From the NCBI GenBank assembly GCA_015523545.1, contig WAKB01000010.1, positions 4,462 to 68,461 on the forward strand: a stretch of 64,000 nucleotides of DNA, written 5' to 3'. Source of the DNA: Candidatus Geothermarchaeota archaeon. GTDB lineage: Archaea; Thermoproteota; Nitrososphaeria; Geothermarchaeales; JDFR-13. A program made the translations under genes and the position numbers. Shown here piece by piece: positions 18,201-27,451 of the stretch (the first letter of the stretch is position 1; each line of letters begins with the position of its first letter). Below the pieces are notes generated by a model, which was given only the letters and a program-made list of their open reading frames with translations, was not told the DNA's origin and did not search any database.

Positions 18201-19133
18201 TATACCAGGCAACTCGTTATGGAAATAGGTTATTACGTGGAGCTGGAGAACATCATAGTCATTCTTCAGGGCCATAGCCACAGAGCCAGCCGTCTTATCC
18301 TTCCTAATCTTGCTGTTAACCTTTACAATATCCACAAGTTTATGCGTCAGATCATCCTCCCTACGCTCCCCACCCTCGTGCAGTATAGAGGGCCTAACAG
18401 TCAGGGGCGGAACTGGCAACGCCTGGAGTATAAACCACTCAGGCCTTATACAGTCAGCCTTCCTCCCAGCACCATATGCCTGAGCACCAGCCTCACAATA
18501 GAGGCCATAGAGAATAAGCTCCTCATCAGGAATATTCTCAAATACACTCCTGATCTCACTAGGCATCAGCTCTATATGCTCACCATCCTTGGTAACCTTG
18601 AAAAACTTATGAGGCTTCTCAAAGACAATCTTGATATTCTCCTTCCCACAGTTAGGACACCTCTCCGTCTCTGAAGCCTCCTTAACAATCTTCTTCACGA
18701 AGAGATCGTACATGTAGGGGAGATTCTTCCTAAGCTCCCAGGCCCTCTTGATATATCTCTGCTTCTTCTTCGGATCAATCTTGATATGTGAACAGTTCAG
18801 ACAGACACCCTTCAGGATCAGGTAAATATACTCTGCAAAGAGGACGTTGATCACAGGCAGAGCCAGATCTATATGACCAAAATGCCCTGGACAGTGATCC
18901 CTATCATTACCACAGGTTGGGCAGTAGGAATTAGGCTCTGGATTACCCAGCCTAGGATCCAGAACACCACCAGGCATAGGCTCGTCAAGCTCGTTACGTG
19001 GCGACTCATTCGTGATCTCGACCACCGACATGGATCTAATCATCTGTGGGGAGAGAACCCCAAACTTTATCGATGAGATGGTATACCTATGTGCCTGCTC
19101 CTCATACCTCCTAATCTCCCTACCGAAGGACAT
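15231..19133 (-). CDS. rpoA: RNA polymerase subunit A, unsplit (A' and A'' fused)
   Basis: CPTC...CPGHFGHI, YNADFDGDEMN active site, AQSIGEPGTQMTLRTFH and GLPRIIEI (A'' part) in one 1300-aa ORF. Confidence 0.99.
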   Translation of the reverse strand: MSFGREIRRYEEQAHRYTISSIKFGVLSPQMIRSMSVVEITNESPRNELDEPMPGGVLDPRLGNPEPNSYCPTCGNDRDHCPGHFGHIDLALPVINVLFAEYIYLILKGVCLNCSHIKIDPKKKQRYIKRAWELRKNLPYMYDLFVKKIVKEASETERCPNCGKENIKIVFEKPHKFFKVTKDGEHIELMPSEIRSVFENIPDEELILYGLYCEAGAQAYGAGRKADCIRPEWFILQALPVPPLTVRPSILHEGGERREDDLTHKLVDIVKVNSKIRKDKTAGSVAMALKNDYDVLQLHVITYFHNELPGIPPATHRGVKRLKTLVQRLSGKEGRFRNNLIGKRVNFSARTVISPDSNLDINEVGVPVDIAKILTVPEVVTPYNIDFLRQLVLNGADIHPGANYIYRQKTKSRHNLRYVTDRSFLANMLEVGDIVERHLMDGDIVLFNRQPSLHRMSMMGHIARILPYRTFRLHLTVCPPYNADFDGDEMNLHVPQNSEAQAEARSLMLVENQIISPRYGAPIIGFTKDYLTSSFLLTRDEKRLDKARLFNLLSIYDEIPKMDMVRNWEKTHSGRLLFSILLPKDFTYSLKSRLEEDVIIKEGVLVKGVIDKRSIGAEQADSVLHRLVREYGNRFGGDFITKFASVLDRYLLSRGFSIGIEDLKLPEEVVEEIKEIEREAHRKVEEVIRQYREGRLELIKGLSPEESLEQKIHEILADARTRAGLKALESLDKDNPLYVMVISGARGTDINVAQLTAMLGQQTIRGERISRGYGKRTLTVFKEGDIGTKARGFIGSNFYRGLNPVEFFFHAISGREGLMDTAVKTQESGYLYRRILYSMEHLQVDHDFTVRTSYGKIVQFVYGEDKVDPARSDHGKPVNVERLVDSISLLYPKGKYAGSKYIDEILSKVKDEIPPSLYEELRTVLMRKRANKEVVREAVRQAVLNYRSSTIDPNTAIGVITAQSIGEPGTQMTLRTFHYAGVKEKNVTIGLPRIIEIVDAKQKPSTPRMTIYLDEEHRYSQEKAEEIANKIKSTKLRDVVLGYSIDLASRRVVFKLDMDALEKVGLTPKDVKRVFSRRYSTELNGDLLAVKPSMKLKEGEETNLDIIVEKLRKAAERFLERHIAGVQGIMRVTVDRVVNEETGEEEWVLYTAGSNLREVLTFEGVDPTRTVTNDIFEIYEVLGIEAARNAIINEIKAVLDEQGLDIDYRHIMLVADLMTREGVIKQMGRYGVVALKESVLAKAAFETTVPVLVKAAVRGETDYLRGPTENIIVGSRVPIGTGSVDVYIRVGSDGGDGKEA

Positions 19134-19134
19134 G

Positions 19135-22100
19135 CTACACCACCTCCTTCACATTGAGTTTGGGATAGATAGTCATACTCTTCAACTCATCTAGAAGGAG
19201 CTTGAAGGCATAGGAGACGTTTACAGGCACGAGCGGAGCATCCGGCCCACATACTGGGCAGACAAACTTATTCTCCCTAGCGTCTAGATAACCCTCCAAC
19301 CCACATTTGGTACAGACAAGGATCGTGGTCTTGTCCGACGCATCTAGAAGACGCTCCTTAACAATCGATGAGGCACCATAAGCCAGGAAGACATCCTTCT
19401 CCATATCACCAATCCTGAGTCCACCATCCCTGGCACGCCCCTCAGTAGGCTGCTTGGTAAGCACCTGGATCGGCCCAACAGCCCTGGCATGCATCTTATC
19501 AGCAACCATGTGGTGCAGCTTCTGATAATACACAATCCCGATGAATATATGGGCCTTAAACTTCCGACCAGTCCTACCGTCATACATGACCTCGGTACCC
19601 TTATACTCGAAGCCCACCGACCTAAGCATCTCAGCCAACTCCTCATAGTTGAAGGAGACGAATGGGGAGCCATCTATAAACCTACCAGCCAAGGCACCAT
19701 ACTTCCCAGCAATAGACTCTAGGAACTGGCCGACAGTCATCCTGGAGGGGAATGCATGTGGATTGATGATCAGGTCGGGTATGATACCATCTGCAGTATA
19801 TGGCATATCCTCAGGATTAGCGAGTAGACCAATAACACCCTTCTGACCATGCCTAGACGCCAGCTTATCACCAAGCTCAGGTATCCTGTACTCCCTCACC
19901 CTAACCATGGCGGTAAGCTCACCATCCTTATTCAGGGTCAGGACAACCTTATCCACAGTGGCCTCGAACTGGTCGAGAGTAATACTACTATCCCTCCTCT
20001 TCTCCTCCCTACCAACCAACTCGCTCAGGAACCTAGGCGGACCCGTCTTACCAATAACCACATCCTCCTTCTTCAACCTAGCCTCCACATAGGGCAGGCC
20101 ATCATCCTCCAGAGACCTATAGTGATCCTCACCCATATAGTTGAGGTTATCCTTACTCGGGATCTCAAACTTATCCGTAACACCACCACCATGCATCTTC
20201 GCCACAGACTCATATGTCTTGTAGAAGAACGATCTGAGCAGACCCCTATCAACAGCCGCCTTATTGATGATCACCGCATCCTCCATATTATAGCTCTCAT
20301 ACGACATTATCGCTACGACGAGGTTCTGACCAATAGGCCTATCATTCAGATAGATCATATCGGTTATACGTGTCTGGACAATAGGGATCTGTGGATACTC
20401 CAGTAGATGAGCCCTACTATCCATCCTAAGCGCTATATTAGTGACCGGTATACCCAAGGCCTGCTTAGCCATAGCCGCCTCATAAGAGTTCCTCGGGCTC
20501 TGGTTATGCTCCGCGAAGGGTATGATAGACGCCGTTATACCCAGGAAGAAGTATGGAGCCAGCTCCAGATGAGTATGCTCAGGCGTCAACTCCTCTGGGA
20601 AGAAGGCTGTCAAGACGTTGAACTCCTCATTAGCATCGATCAGCTCTATAATACCCTGCCTCAAGAGATCGGAGAACTTCAACGTACCATTCCTAACCAT
20701 CTCGATATGCTCCTTAGTTAGGAGCGGCTTACCATTCTCGACCCTTATCAGAGGCCTCAGGACACGGGCACTACTACTCTCGACATATACCTCAGGCCGG
20801 ATCTTCTCATTATCAAACTTCCTCAGAGATATGTTTACATCAGGGGGTATAGCACCCCTACGCCTATAACTCCTAATCCTCTCCACAAACTCCTCAGGAT
20901 CCATAACGAACCCGATGAAGTCACCATTGAGGAAGACCTTAGCACCATTCATCCAGGCCTCCCTAGGAGCCTCCTCGATAGGGATAACACCCTCCTTAAA
21001 GAGTAGCTCAGTCATGAGCTCCGAGGGATGCTCATTAGAGACAACGGCCGATAACGCTAGGTTCTTAACCAGGCCAATGTTCTGCCCCTCGGGACTCTCC
21101 ACAGGGCATATACGCCCGAGATGAGAAGCGTGGACCTCCCTAGCCTCGAACTGTGGACGACTCCTACTAAGCGGGCTCTGAATCCTCCTGAGATGGCTGA
21201 GGGTAGATAAGAAGTTAGTCCTATCCAGCATCTGGGTAACACCAGTAGTCTTCTGCGACCAAGTACCAGTAGCCAGTGCATGGGTAAGCCTATGAGTAAT
21301 CTTGTTCCCCCTCACCAGATACCTCAGGTTTATCCTACCCCTATTCACCACGTTCTTCTGTATGTTATACTGGAGATCCTTCATCAACGACTTGAGAGAC
21401 TTGGCGAATATCTGGCCCAGCAATGGGCCGGCCAGCCTAAGCCTCTTATACGCATAGTGATCACGATCATCAGGCTCCCTATAGCCAAGCCTCAGCTCGA
21501 CAGCCCTCCTAACCATCTCGGCCAAGAGATATGCCTTCCTAAGCCTATACTCAGGACCCATCCCTATGTGTGGGAAGAGATACTTATCCAGTATATGCCT
21601 AGCCCTGTTAATCCTCCTATCCATAGGCTGCTGAGAAGCCTGTGTCCTATTACCTATATAGAGGAGGGCCCTCTCCTGATCCTTAATCTCCCTAAACTTC
21701 CTCACAATCGGGAGGATCACAGCCTCGATATCCGGATCCCCACGGGCAACAGCCTCCACAATATCCCCATCCTTAACAACACCCAGCGCCTTCATCACTA
21801 TGGGGAAGGGGATAGCACTAGTCGTGAAGGGGATAGTCACGACCGCAGACTCCCTCTTCAACGTCACAACCACATGATTCCTAAGACTACCCCTCACCGA
21901 GAGCATCCTAGAGGAGTAGGTAACCGTACTAGACGACTTATCCACACGGGTTATAATAGTGTTCGAGGCGAGGTCCTCCACAGCAACGATGGCCCGCTCA
22001 CTACCATTTATTATAAAATATCCACCGGGATCGTCCGGATCCTCGCCAAGCTTTATGAGGTTCTCCCTAGACTCTCCATGTAGATAACATATCTTAGACT

Positions 22101-22509
22101 TGACCATCACAGGGAGATATCCAAGCTCAACCTCCTCCGTAGACGTCGTACCAGTGATCTTCTTAAACCTAGCCTTAATAGGGGCATAGTATGAATACCC
22201 CTGGAGCCTACAGACAGAGGGGATATATCCATGCTGCTTAGTTATCGAGGCTCCACGGATATCTTTGGTGCTGGGCTGCTCAACCCACACCTCCTCAATC
22301 TGGAATATCCACTCCCCCTGCTCACCAGGCACACGTATCGTACTATTCTCCTCCACGATCTCCTTTAGGATAGTATCTACAAACTCGTTATACGAGTCTA
22401 TATGCTGCTTAGCCAGGCCGAACTCGTTGAGCATAGCCTTAATGACTGGCCAAGTATCGTAGTCATGCTTCTTATAAACGAGATACCTATTGATATCTAG
22501 CCTCTTCAT
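19135..22509 (-). CDS. rpoB: RNA polymerase subunit B (unsplit)
   Basis: GGYFIINGSER, GDKLASRHGQKG, KLHHMVADKMHARA, C-terminal zinc finger. Confidence 0.99.
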   Translation of the reverse strand: MKRLDINRYLVYKKHDYDTWPVIKAMLNEFGLAKQHIDSYNEFVDTILKEIVEENSTIRVPGEQGEWIFQIEEVWVEQPSTKDIRGASITKQHGYIPSVCRLQGYSYYAPIKARFKKITGTTSTEEVELGYLPVMVKSKICYLHGESRENLIKLGEDPDDPGGYFIINGSERAIVAVEDLASNTIITRVDKSSSTVTYSSRMLSVRGSLRNHVVVTLKRESAVVTIPFTTSAIPFPIVMKALGVVKDGDIVEAVARGDPDIEAVILPIVRKFREIKDQERALLYIGNRTQASQQPMDRRINRARHILDKYLFPHIGMGPEYRLRKAYLLAEMVRRAVELRLGYREPDDRDHYAYKRLRLAGPLLGQIFAKSLKSLMKDLQYNIQKNVVNRGRINLRYLVRGNKITHRLTHALATGTWSQKTTGVTQMLDRTNFLSTLSHLRRIQSPLSRSRPQFEAREVHASHLGRICPVESPEGQNIGLVKNLALSAVVSNEHPSELMTELLFKEGVIPIEEAPREAWMNGAKVFLNGDFIGFVMDPEEFVERIRSYRRRGAIPPDVNISLRKFDNEKIRPEVYVESSSARVLRPLIRVENGKPLLTKEHIEMVRNGTLKFSDLLRQGIIELIDANEEFNVLTAFFPEELTPEHTHLELAPYFFLGITASIIPFAEHNQSPRNSYEAAMAKQALGIPVTNIALRMDSRAHLLEYPQIPIVQTRITDMIYLNDRPIGQNLVVAIMSYESYNMEDAVIINKAAVDRGLLRSFFYKTYESVAKMHGGGVTDKFEIPSKDNLNYMGEDHYRSLEDDGLPYVEARLKKEDVVIGKTGPPRFLSELVGREEKRRDSSITLDQFEATVDKVVLTLNKDGELTAMVRVREYRIPELGDKLASRHGQKGVIGLLANPEDMPYTADGIIPDLIINPHAFPSRMTVGQFLESIAGKYGALAGRFIDGSPFVSFNYEELAEMLRSVGFEYKGTEVMYDGRTGRKFKAHIFIGIVYYQKLHHMVADKMHARAVGPIQVLTKQPTEGRARDGGLRIGDMEKDVFLAYGASSIVKERLLDASDKTTILVCTKCGLEGYLDARENKFVCPVCGPDAPLVPVNVSYAFKLLLDELKSMTIYPKLNVKEVV

Positions 22510-22775
22510 CCTATCACCAGCCTATAGTATACGGAGACCCCAGCAGTGGGGCTCCTCCGGATAATCATTATCACATCATCCTTCTTCGCCCCGAGGGCCT
22601 TAACGATCGGATCACTCTTCCTGATGTATGGAAGCTTATACTTATCCCCACCACAATACTTCTCAATGACCTTCTGGGCCTCCTCCTTAGAGAGAATCCT
22701 ATGCTCAGGAACGAGCCTATGGCTCAGAATAATCTTTTTAAGCTTCTCATCAAGCTCATTATCAGAGGACGGCAT
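22506..22775 (-). CDS. rpoH: RNA polymerase subunit H (Rpo5)
   Basis: HRLVPEHRIL, LPYIRKSDP, IIRRSPTAGVSVYYRLV. Confidence 0.97.
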   Translation of the reverse strand: MPSSDNELDEKLKKIILSHRLVPEHRILSKEEAQKVIEKYCGGDKYKLPYIRKSDPIVKALGAKKDDVIMIIRRSPTAGVSVYYRLVIG

Positions 22776-22917
22776 CTACCTCTACACCCCCCAGGGACGA
22801 CCCACCAACCAGTTAATATGATATGCCAGCATGGTGTCATAAATTTACAAGGTGGGTAAATATATAAATCTTACCCCCACAAACCCTGGACAACGTCACA
22901 ATATGGAGACCAGTTAT

Positions 22918-23070
<153 letters not shown>

Positions 23071-23128
23071 CGACCAAATATCACTAACCACAAACCACCT
23101 ATTTTAGGATTATACGGGGGATCAGGCC

Positions 23129-23893
23129 TTGACACTCGTACTTGCCGGGATGGGAATATCAGACAGACCCACACTCCCAAGGGAGGTGGTTGAGAAGATC
23201 AATAGCTACTCCAAGATCTACCTAGAGACATACACAAGCCCCCTACCCTATAGTCGCGACGAGCTAGTGGATCTACTAACTGGTAGGAGGCCCATACCAC
23301 TAAGGAGGAGGGACTTGGAAGACGGGATTAGGGATATAATCGAGGAGGCGCGGGAAGAAGATATCCTCATACTAGTCTATGGCGACCCATTGATAGCCAC
23401 GACACATAAGGCCATCCTAATAGAAGCCAGGAGAAACGGTGTGGAGACCAAGGTATACCACAACGCATCATCCTACACAGCCGCAGTCGGAGAGGCGGGT
23501 CTAGACATATACAGGGTTGGAGCCTCAGGAACACTGGTCAGAGGAGGGCTGGAGATGAACAGGAGGAACATAGAGATACTCATCTCCAATCTCGATAGGG
23601 GGCTACACACGCTATACTTCCTCGAGTACGACGCTGAGACTGGATACATGATGCAACCTAGAGAGGCTATAGACATACTCCTACTCCACCCCGAGGCGGC
23701 GTCCCTACTCGAGAAGCCGGAACATATAATAATCGTCCTAACCTCCCTCGGGACTGTGAGGCAGAGAATAGATGCATATAGACACCCCAGGAACATACCC
23801 AGCTACATGGGCAGTGAACCCTCCATAATAATCGTGACGGCCAAGCCACATTTTACGGAGATGGAGTATATAGAGTATCTCTTGAGGGACTGA
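23129..23893 (+). CDS. dph5: Diphthine synthase
   Basis: LAGMG, YLETYTS, VYGDPLIATTH, HNASS, GLHTL. Confidence 0.9.
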   Translation: MTLVLAGMGISDRPTLPREVVEKINSYSKIYLETYTSPLPYSRDELVDLLTGRRPIPLRRRDLEDGIRDIIEEAREEDILILVYGDPLIATTHKAILIEARRNGVETKVYHNASSYTAAVGEAGLDIYRVGASGTLVRGGLEMNRRNIEILISNLDRGLHTLYFLEYDAETGYMMQPREAIDILLLHPEAASLLEKPEHIIIVLTSLGTVRQRIDAYRHPRNIPSYMGSEPSIIIVTAKPHFTEMEYIEYLLRD

Positions 23894-23897
23894 CCAA

Positions 23898-24497
23898 ATG
23901 GAGACCGTCTCACAGCAGGAGAAGACCGTCCTCGCAAGAATATACCTTAAAAGCCTCGCCAACAGGCTGGGGATAGAGTACCAGCCACAATGCAGTATAA
24001 ACAATGAGATATACTCACGCCTAGAGGAGAAGGGGCTCCTATACCGTGGAAGACTAACACCAGAGGGTAGGAGGAGCATCCAGATAGGCGTGATAGGAGG
24101 AGTATTCGACATACTACATAAGGGCCACATCTACACCCTCAGGGAGGCGAGGAAGCTGGTAGACGCGCTAGTAGTGATTATTGCTAGAGACGCCACAGTC
24201 CTCAAGCTAAAGGGGAAGAAGGCGGTAAACAGTGAGGAGGACAGGAGAGAGGTGGTCTCAGCTCTCAGATATGTAGACCTAGCCATACTGGGCGATGAGG
24301 AAGACTTTACAAAGCCTATCAGGATAGTCCAGCCAGACATAATAATACTTGGTTATGACCAGACCCTCCCACCAGGCATAGATATAGACGTGCTACGCGG
24401 CAGGAAGATAGTGAGGATCAACCTAGAGGTTGAGGGCGTAAAGACTACAGAGATAAAGAGGAGGATAGTCGAGCTCTACCGAGACTCGTTTATATAG
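23898..24497 (+). CDS. ribL: FAD synthetase (RibL-type nucleotidyltransferase) with N-terminal extension
   Basis: GGVFDILHKGH, IARD, ALRYVD, PDIIILGYDQ; converges on riboflavin kinase. Confidence 0.85.
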   Translation: METVSQQEKTVLARIYLKSLANRLGIEYQPQCSINNEIYSRLEEKGLLYRGRLTPEGRRSIQIGVIGGVFDILHKGHIYTLREARKLVDALVVIIARDATVLKLKGKKAVNSEEDRREVVSALRYVDLAILGDEEDFTKPIRIVQPDIIILGYDQTLPPGIDIDVLRGRKIVRINLEVEGVKTTEIKRRIVELYRDSFI

Positions 24498-25156
24498 ACC
24501 TCAACCTCAACAACATCCCCATCCCTAAGCTTCAAGGCATCCCTCAGATACACAGGGGCGATAACCTCCAACATGTCGAACCCATATATCGACCTCTCAG
24601 CATATATCACGGCACCCTCAATCTTAGACTGTATCAACGCCCTGAAGGCCCGAACATCCCCAAACACCCTCTCCTTAGTCCTAAAGCCCTTTATATGTAG
24701 ACCCCTGAGCTTCCGTAGAAGCCTGTTCTGATAGACATAGTACGGCTCATTAAGCTTAAGATTCAACGTGCCTGGATAGGGGGTGAAGCCCAACAGTCTC
24801 TCGAACTGGATCACATACCCCTTCCTACTCATGTAGTAAGCCCCCTCACCAAGGCCAGTAACAACGACACCCCTGAAGAAGAACCTCCCAGGCCTCTCAT
24901 AGGCATCATTAATATACCTAATATAGTCATCAACCTCGGCAAGCCCCTTATCAGTAAGCCTAACCCAGAGGGTCCTGTCAACATTACGCTTATCAATCAA
25001 CTCCATCTCGAAAAGCTCCTGCAATATCCTAGACGCACTCTGCTGACTAACCCCGAAGAAGGCCGCGAGCTCACTAGTAGGCACCTTAATGTACTTCTCA
25101 CCAGCCCCGAGCTTATAGAGATCTACCAAGTAGGTCCTGGCCAGCCTCAGGTTCAC
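24476..25156 (-). CDS. ribK: CTP-dependent riboflavin kinase with N-terminal wHTH (RbkR-type)
   Basis: HTH segment ELAAFFGVSQQSASRIL; GVVVTGLGEGAYY, PYPGTLN, LEVIAPVYLR...DGD. Confidence 0.93.
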   Translation of the reverse strand: MNLRLARTYLVDLYKLGAGEKYIKVPTSELAAFFGVSQQSASRILQELFEMELIDKRNVDRTLWVRLTDKGLAEVDDYIRYINDAYERPGRFFFRGVVVTGLGEGAYYMSRKGYVIQFERLLGFTPYPGTLNLKLNEPYYVYQNRLLRKLRGLHIKGFRTKERVFGDVRAFRALIQSKIEGAVIYAERSIYGFDMLEVIAPVYLRDALKLRDGDVVEVEVYINESR

Positions 25157-25761
25157 CTACCACCACCACACACATCAATATACTCCGACTTCAGATTATC
25201 CAACATCCTCTTGACGAAGTCAAGATCCTTCTTATACCCGGAATAGATGTAGCTAGGCACCATATACGAGGAGAGAATCGCCACCAACTCCTCCAACAAC
25301 TCGATAGAGGCATATACATCCTCACACCTACCCCTTATAAGCCATGAGAGGGAGAACCTACGAACCTCACCCGCAAAATCCCTTACACCCTCGATTATCC
25401 ATGTAGGCTCCATCCTACCCAGTAGAGACGAGTCGAGACCCTCACCACTAAGCCATCGATCAAGGAGGAGGAGCTCCACATACTCCCTCATAGCATCCCC
25501 TGCGACCCGGACAAGATACTCCCGATACTCTCTACTAGCCTCTATCAAGCCAAGGATATCCTCCACAATACCCGTCGCCTTCGAGACCGTCTCGGACAGC
25601 CCACCATAGTCCCCCCTATAGGCGTATCCAAACCCCTTCCTCACAATGGAGAGGAGATCCCTACACTTCTTGATAACCTCCTCCCTGAGGGGATCCACCT
25701 CCTCATACCTCTTACCGAGCCTCTCCACACTATCCCTGAGCAGCTCGGTGAGACCCTTCAA
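25153..25761 (-). CDS. Translin/Trax (C3PO)-family protein
   Basis: All-helical; REEVIKKCR, REYVE, GVRDFAGEVRR resemble the translin motifs QEYVEA and DxxGELRR. Confidence 0.72.
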   Translation of the reverse strand: MKGLTELLRDSVERLGKRYEEVDPLREEVIKKCRDLLSIVRKGFGYAYRGDYGGLSETVSKATGIVEDILGLIEASREYREYLVRVAGDAMREYVELLLLDRWLSGEGLDSSLLGRMEPTWIIEGVRDFAGEVRRFSLSWLIRGRCEDVYASIELLEELVAILSSYMVPSYIYSGYKKDLDFVKRMLDNLKSEYIDVCGGGR

Positions 25762-25779
25762 AGCAAGCCACCCAGAAAA

Positions 25780-26376
25780 CTATATCAAAGACCTCGAGAA
25801 CTCCTCCGCACCCTCACTAGTAATATATACGAGGTCGATTGTATAGCCCGTCAAGACATCCCTCCTAGTAACAGCTCTAAACACCCTTAGGGCTAGGTCT
25901 ATAGCCTCCTCCCTACCCAGATCCTCCCTATAACCAGTATCTAGAATACTCAGAGCAGTCTCCGCACCAGTACCTATAGCCACGTATTGATCCTCCATCA
26001 CAGATCCTAGCGAGTCCAGGGAGTATAGCTCAGGCTCCCTGGAATACCCACCGACAAGAACCTGCGTATAGTACGGCAGCCCCTTACTACTATATAGTAT
26101 CACAGATACAAGCCTAGCTATGGAGCGTACACTCATCTCCCTCTGTAGAAGAAGGGTCCTAGTACCAATGTTATACTCAACCTCCTTCACCAGGCCCTGC
26201 ACATCTGCAATCAACCCGGCAGCAGCGAGGTAGACCCTATCGGTAAGCCGTAGAAGCTTCTTAGCGGTCTGGCTAAAAGCTATATTACCCGTCAGATAAA
26301 GCTTATCCGTAGCCAAGAGGACAGAGTCCCTAGTCCTCAGACCAATAGCCGTGCCCCCCACACCATACTGCGACAT
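25780..26376 (-). CDS. psmB: Proteasome beta subunit (probably non-catalytic)
   Basis: GGTAIGL..DSVLLATDK, AAAGLIADVQ, LDSLGS, AIGTG, RDVLTG; start MSQYG. Confidence 0.92.
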   Translation of the reverse strand: MSQYGVGGTAIGLRTRDSVLLATDKLYLTGNIAFSQTAKKLLRLTDRVYLAAAGLIADVQGLVKEVEYNIGTRTLLLQREMSVRSIARLVSVILYSSKGLPYYTQVLVGGYSREPELYSLDSLGSVMEDQYVAIGTGAETALSILDTGYREDLGREEAIDLALRVFRAVTRRDVLTGYTIDLVYITSEGAEEFSRSLI

Positions 26377-26431
26377 TCCACAGGCACCCCAACAAATAGT
26401 CCCCAGACATAAAATAAATTGGGGCTTCGAG

Positions 26432-27451
26432 ATGAATCCATGGGAGAAGCTAAAACCACCACAGCCGATGAGGGAGGTGGAGGATACAGCCTTTAAAAGA
26501 GCCTCCCGAGAAGCAAACAAGATACCATACAAGGGGAAGGTGGAGACCGCCCGTAAGAGGGAGAAGACAAGGGTATCCGTACTGGCTAGAACCGTCCTGA
26601 CACATATAAACAGGGCTATAAAAATCCTAGACGCATACTTCGAGGCAGACCCCTTCTACCGAGACCTCATAAACCTATACTTCGACGAGAAGGAGATCAA
26701 GAGGATACATAAACGATTCCTAGGGATAGCCAAAGCCATAGAGGAGATCAGGGATGAATACATCAACAAAATACTCTCGGAGGAAGACCCAGACGAGATG
26801 AAGAAGTGGAGGAGGGTGGGACAAGGGAAGATATCAACCTTCCTACACAGGGCGGCCGAGGACATGGACTACGTGATAAGGCTGTATAAATACGCCAGGA
26901 GACTACCATCGATAGACCCTGATAAACCCACATTCATAGTTGCCGGCCCGCCCAACACCGGCAAATCTACACTAGTAAACACACTATCAACCGCTAAGAC
27001 CAAGACAGCCTCATACCCCTTCACAACCAAGGATATACACGTAGGACATATCGAGGTGGGGCCTGTAAGGGGCCAGATAATAGACACTCCAGGACTCCTA
27101 GACAGGGAGATGAGCGACCGCAACGAGATAGAGCTAAAGGCGATAGCCGCACTCAGAAACCTAGTTGGAGACATCCTATACATCTACGATATATCCAGGG
27201 ATGCCTACTACCCCATAGAGAGGCAGCACAACATCCTAAGAGAGATAATGAAAGCATTCCCAGACAAGAAGATCATCCCAATAGCGAACAAGATGGATAT
27301 GCCACATGAGGAAAACCTGAGGAGAGCCAGTGAGATACATGGGGACAGCCTCATCAAGATATCACTAGCCACTGGCCAGGGAGTAGACAGGCTCAAGAAA
27401 CTGGTGGAGGAGAGGATCCTCAGACACTACCGAGACATCCTTAGCAGATAG
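26432..27451 (+). CDS. NOG1-family GTP-binding protein
   Basis: GPPNTGKST, YPFTTK, DTPGLLDR...RNEIE, NKMD; start MNPWEK. Confidence 0.93.
   Translation: MNPWEKLKPPQPMREVEDTAFKRASREANKIPYKGKVETARKREKTRVSVLARTVLTHINRAIKILDAYFEADPFYRDLINLYFDEKEIKRIHKRFLGIAKAIEEIRDEYINKILSEEDPDEMKKWRRVGQGKISTFLHRAAEDMDYVIRLYKYARRLPSIDPDKPTFIVAGPPNTGKSTLVNTLSTAKTKTASYPFTTKDIHVGHIEVGPVRGQIIDTPGLLDREMSDRNEIELKAIAALRNLVGDILYIYDISRDAYYPIERQHNILREIMKAFPDKKIIPIANKMDMPHEENLRRASEIHGDSLIKISLATGQGVDRLKKLVEERILRHYRDILSR

Noticed and set aside
17892-18674. 260-aa plus-strand ORF inside rpoA
   Set aside because: Antisense shadow of a highly conserved gene; Pro/Leu-rich with no recognisable motif.
21280-22083. 267-aa plus-strand ORF inside rpoB
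   Set aside because: Antisense shadow ORF produced by codon bias on the opposite strand.
22850-22880. Imperfect inverted repeat GGGTAA...TTACCC around a TATA-like box upstream of rpoH
   Set aside because: Short and imperfect with no second copy; cannot be told apart from ordinary promoter sequence.
26377-26532. ORF-track N-terminal extensions of psmB and NOG1 that overlap each other
   Set aside because: Better starts at 26376 and 26432 leave a normal divergent promoter gap.
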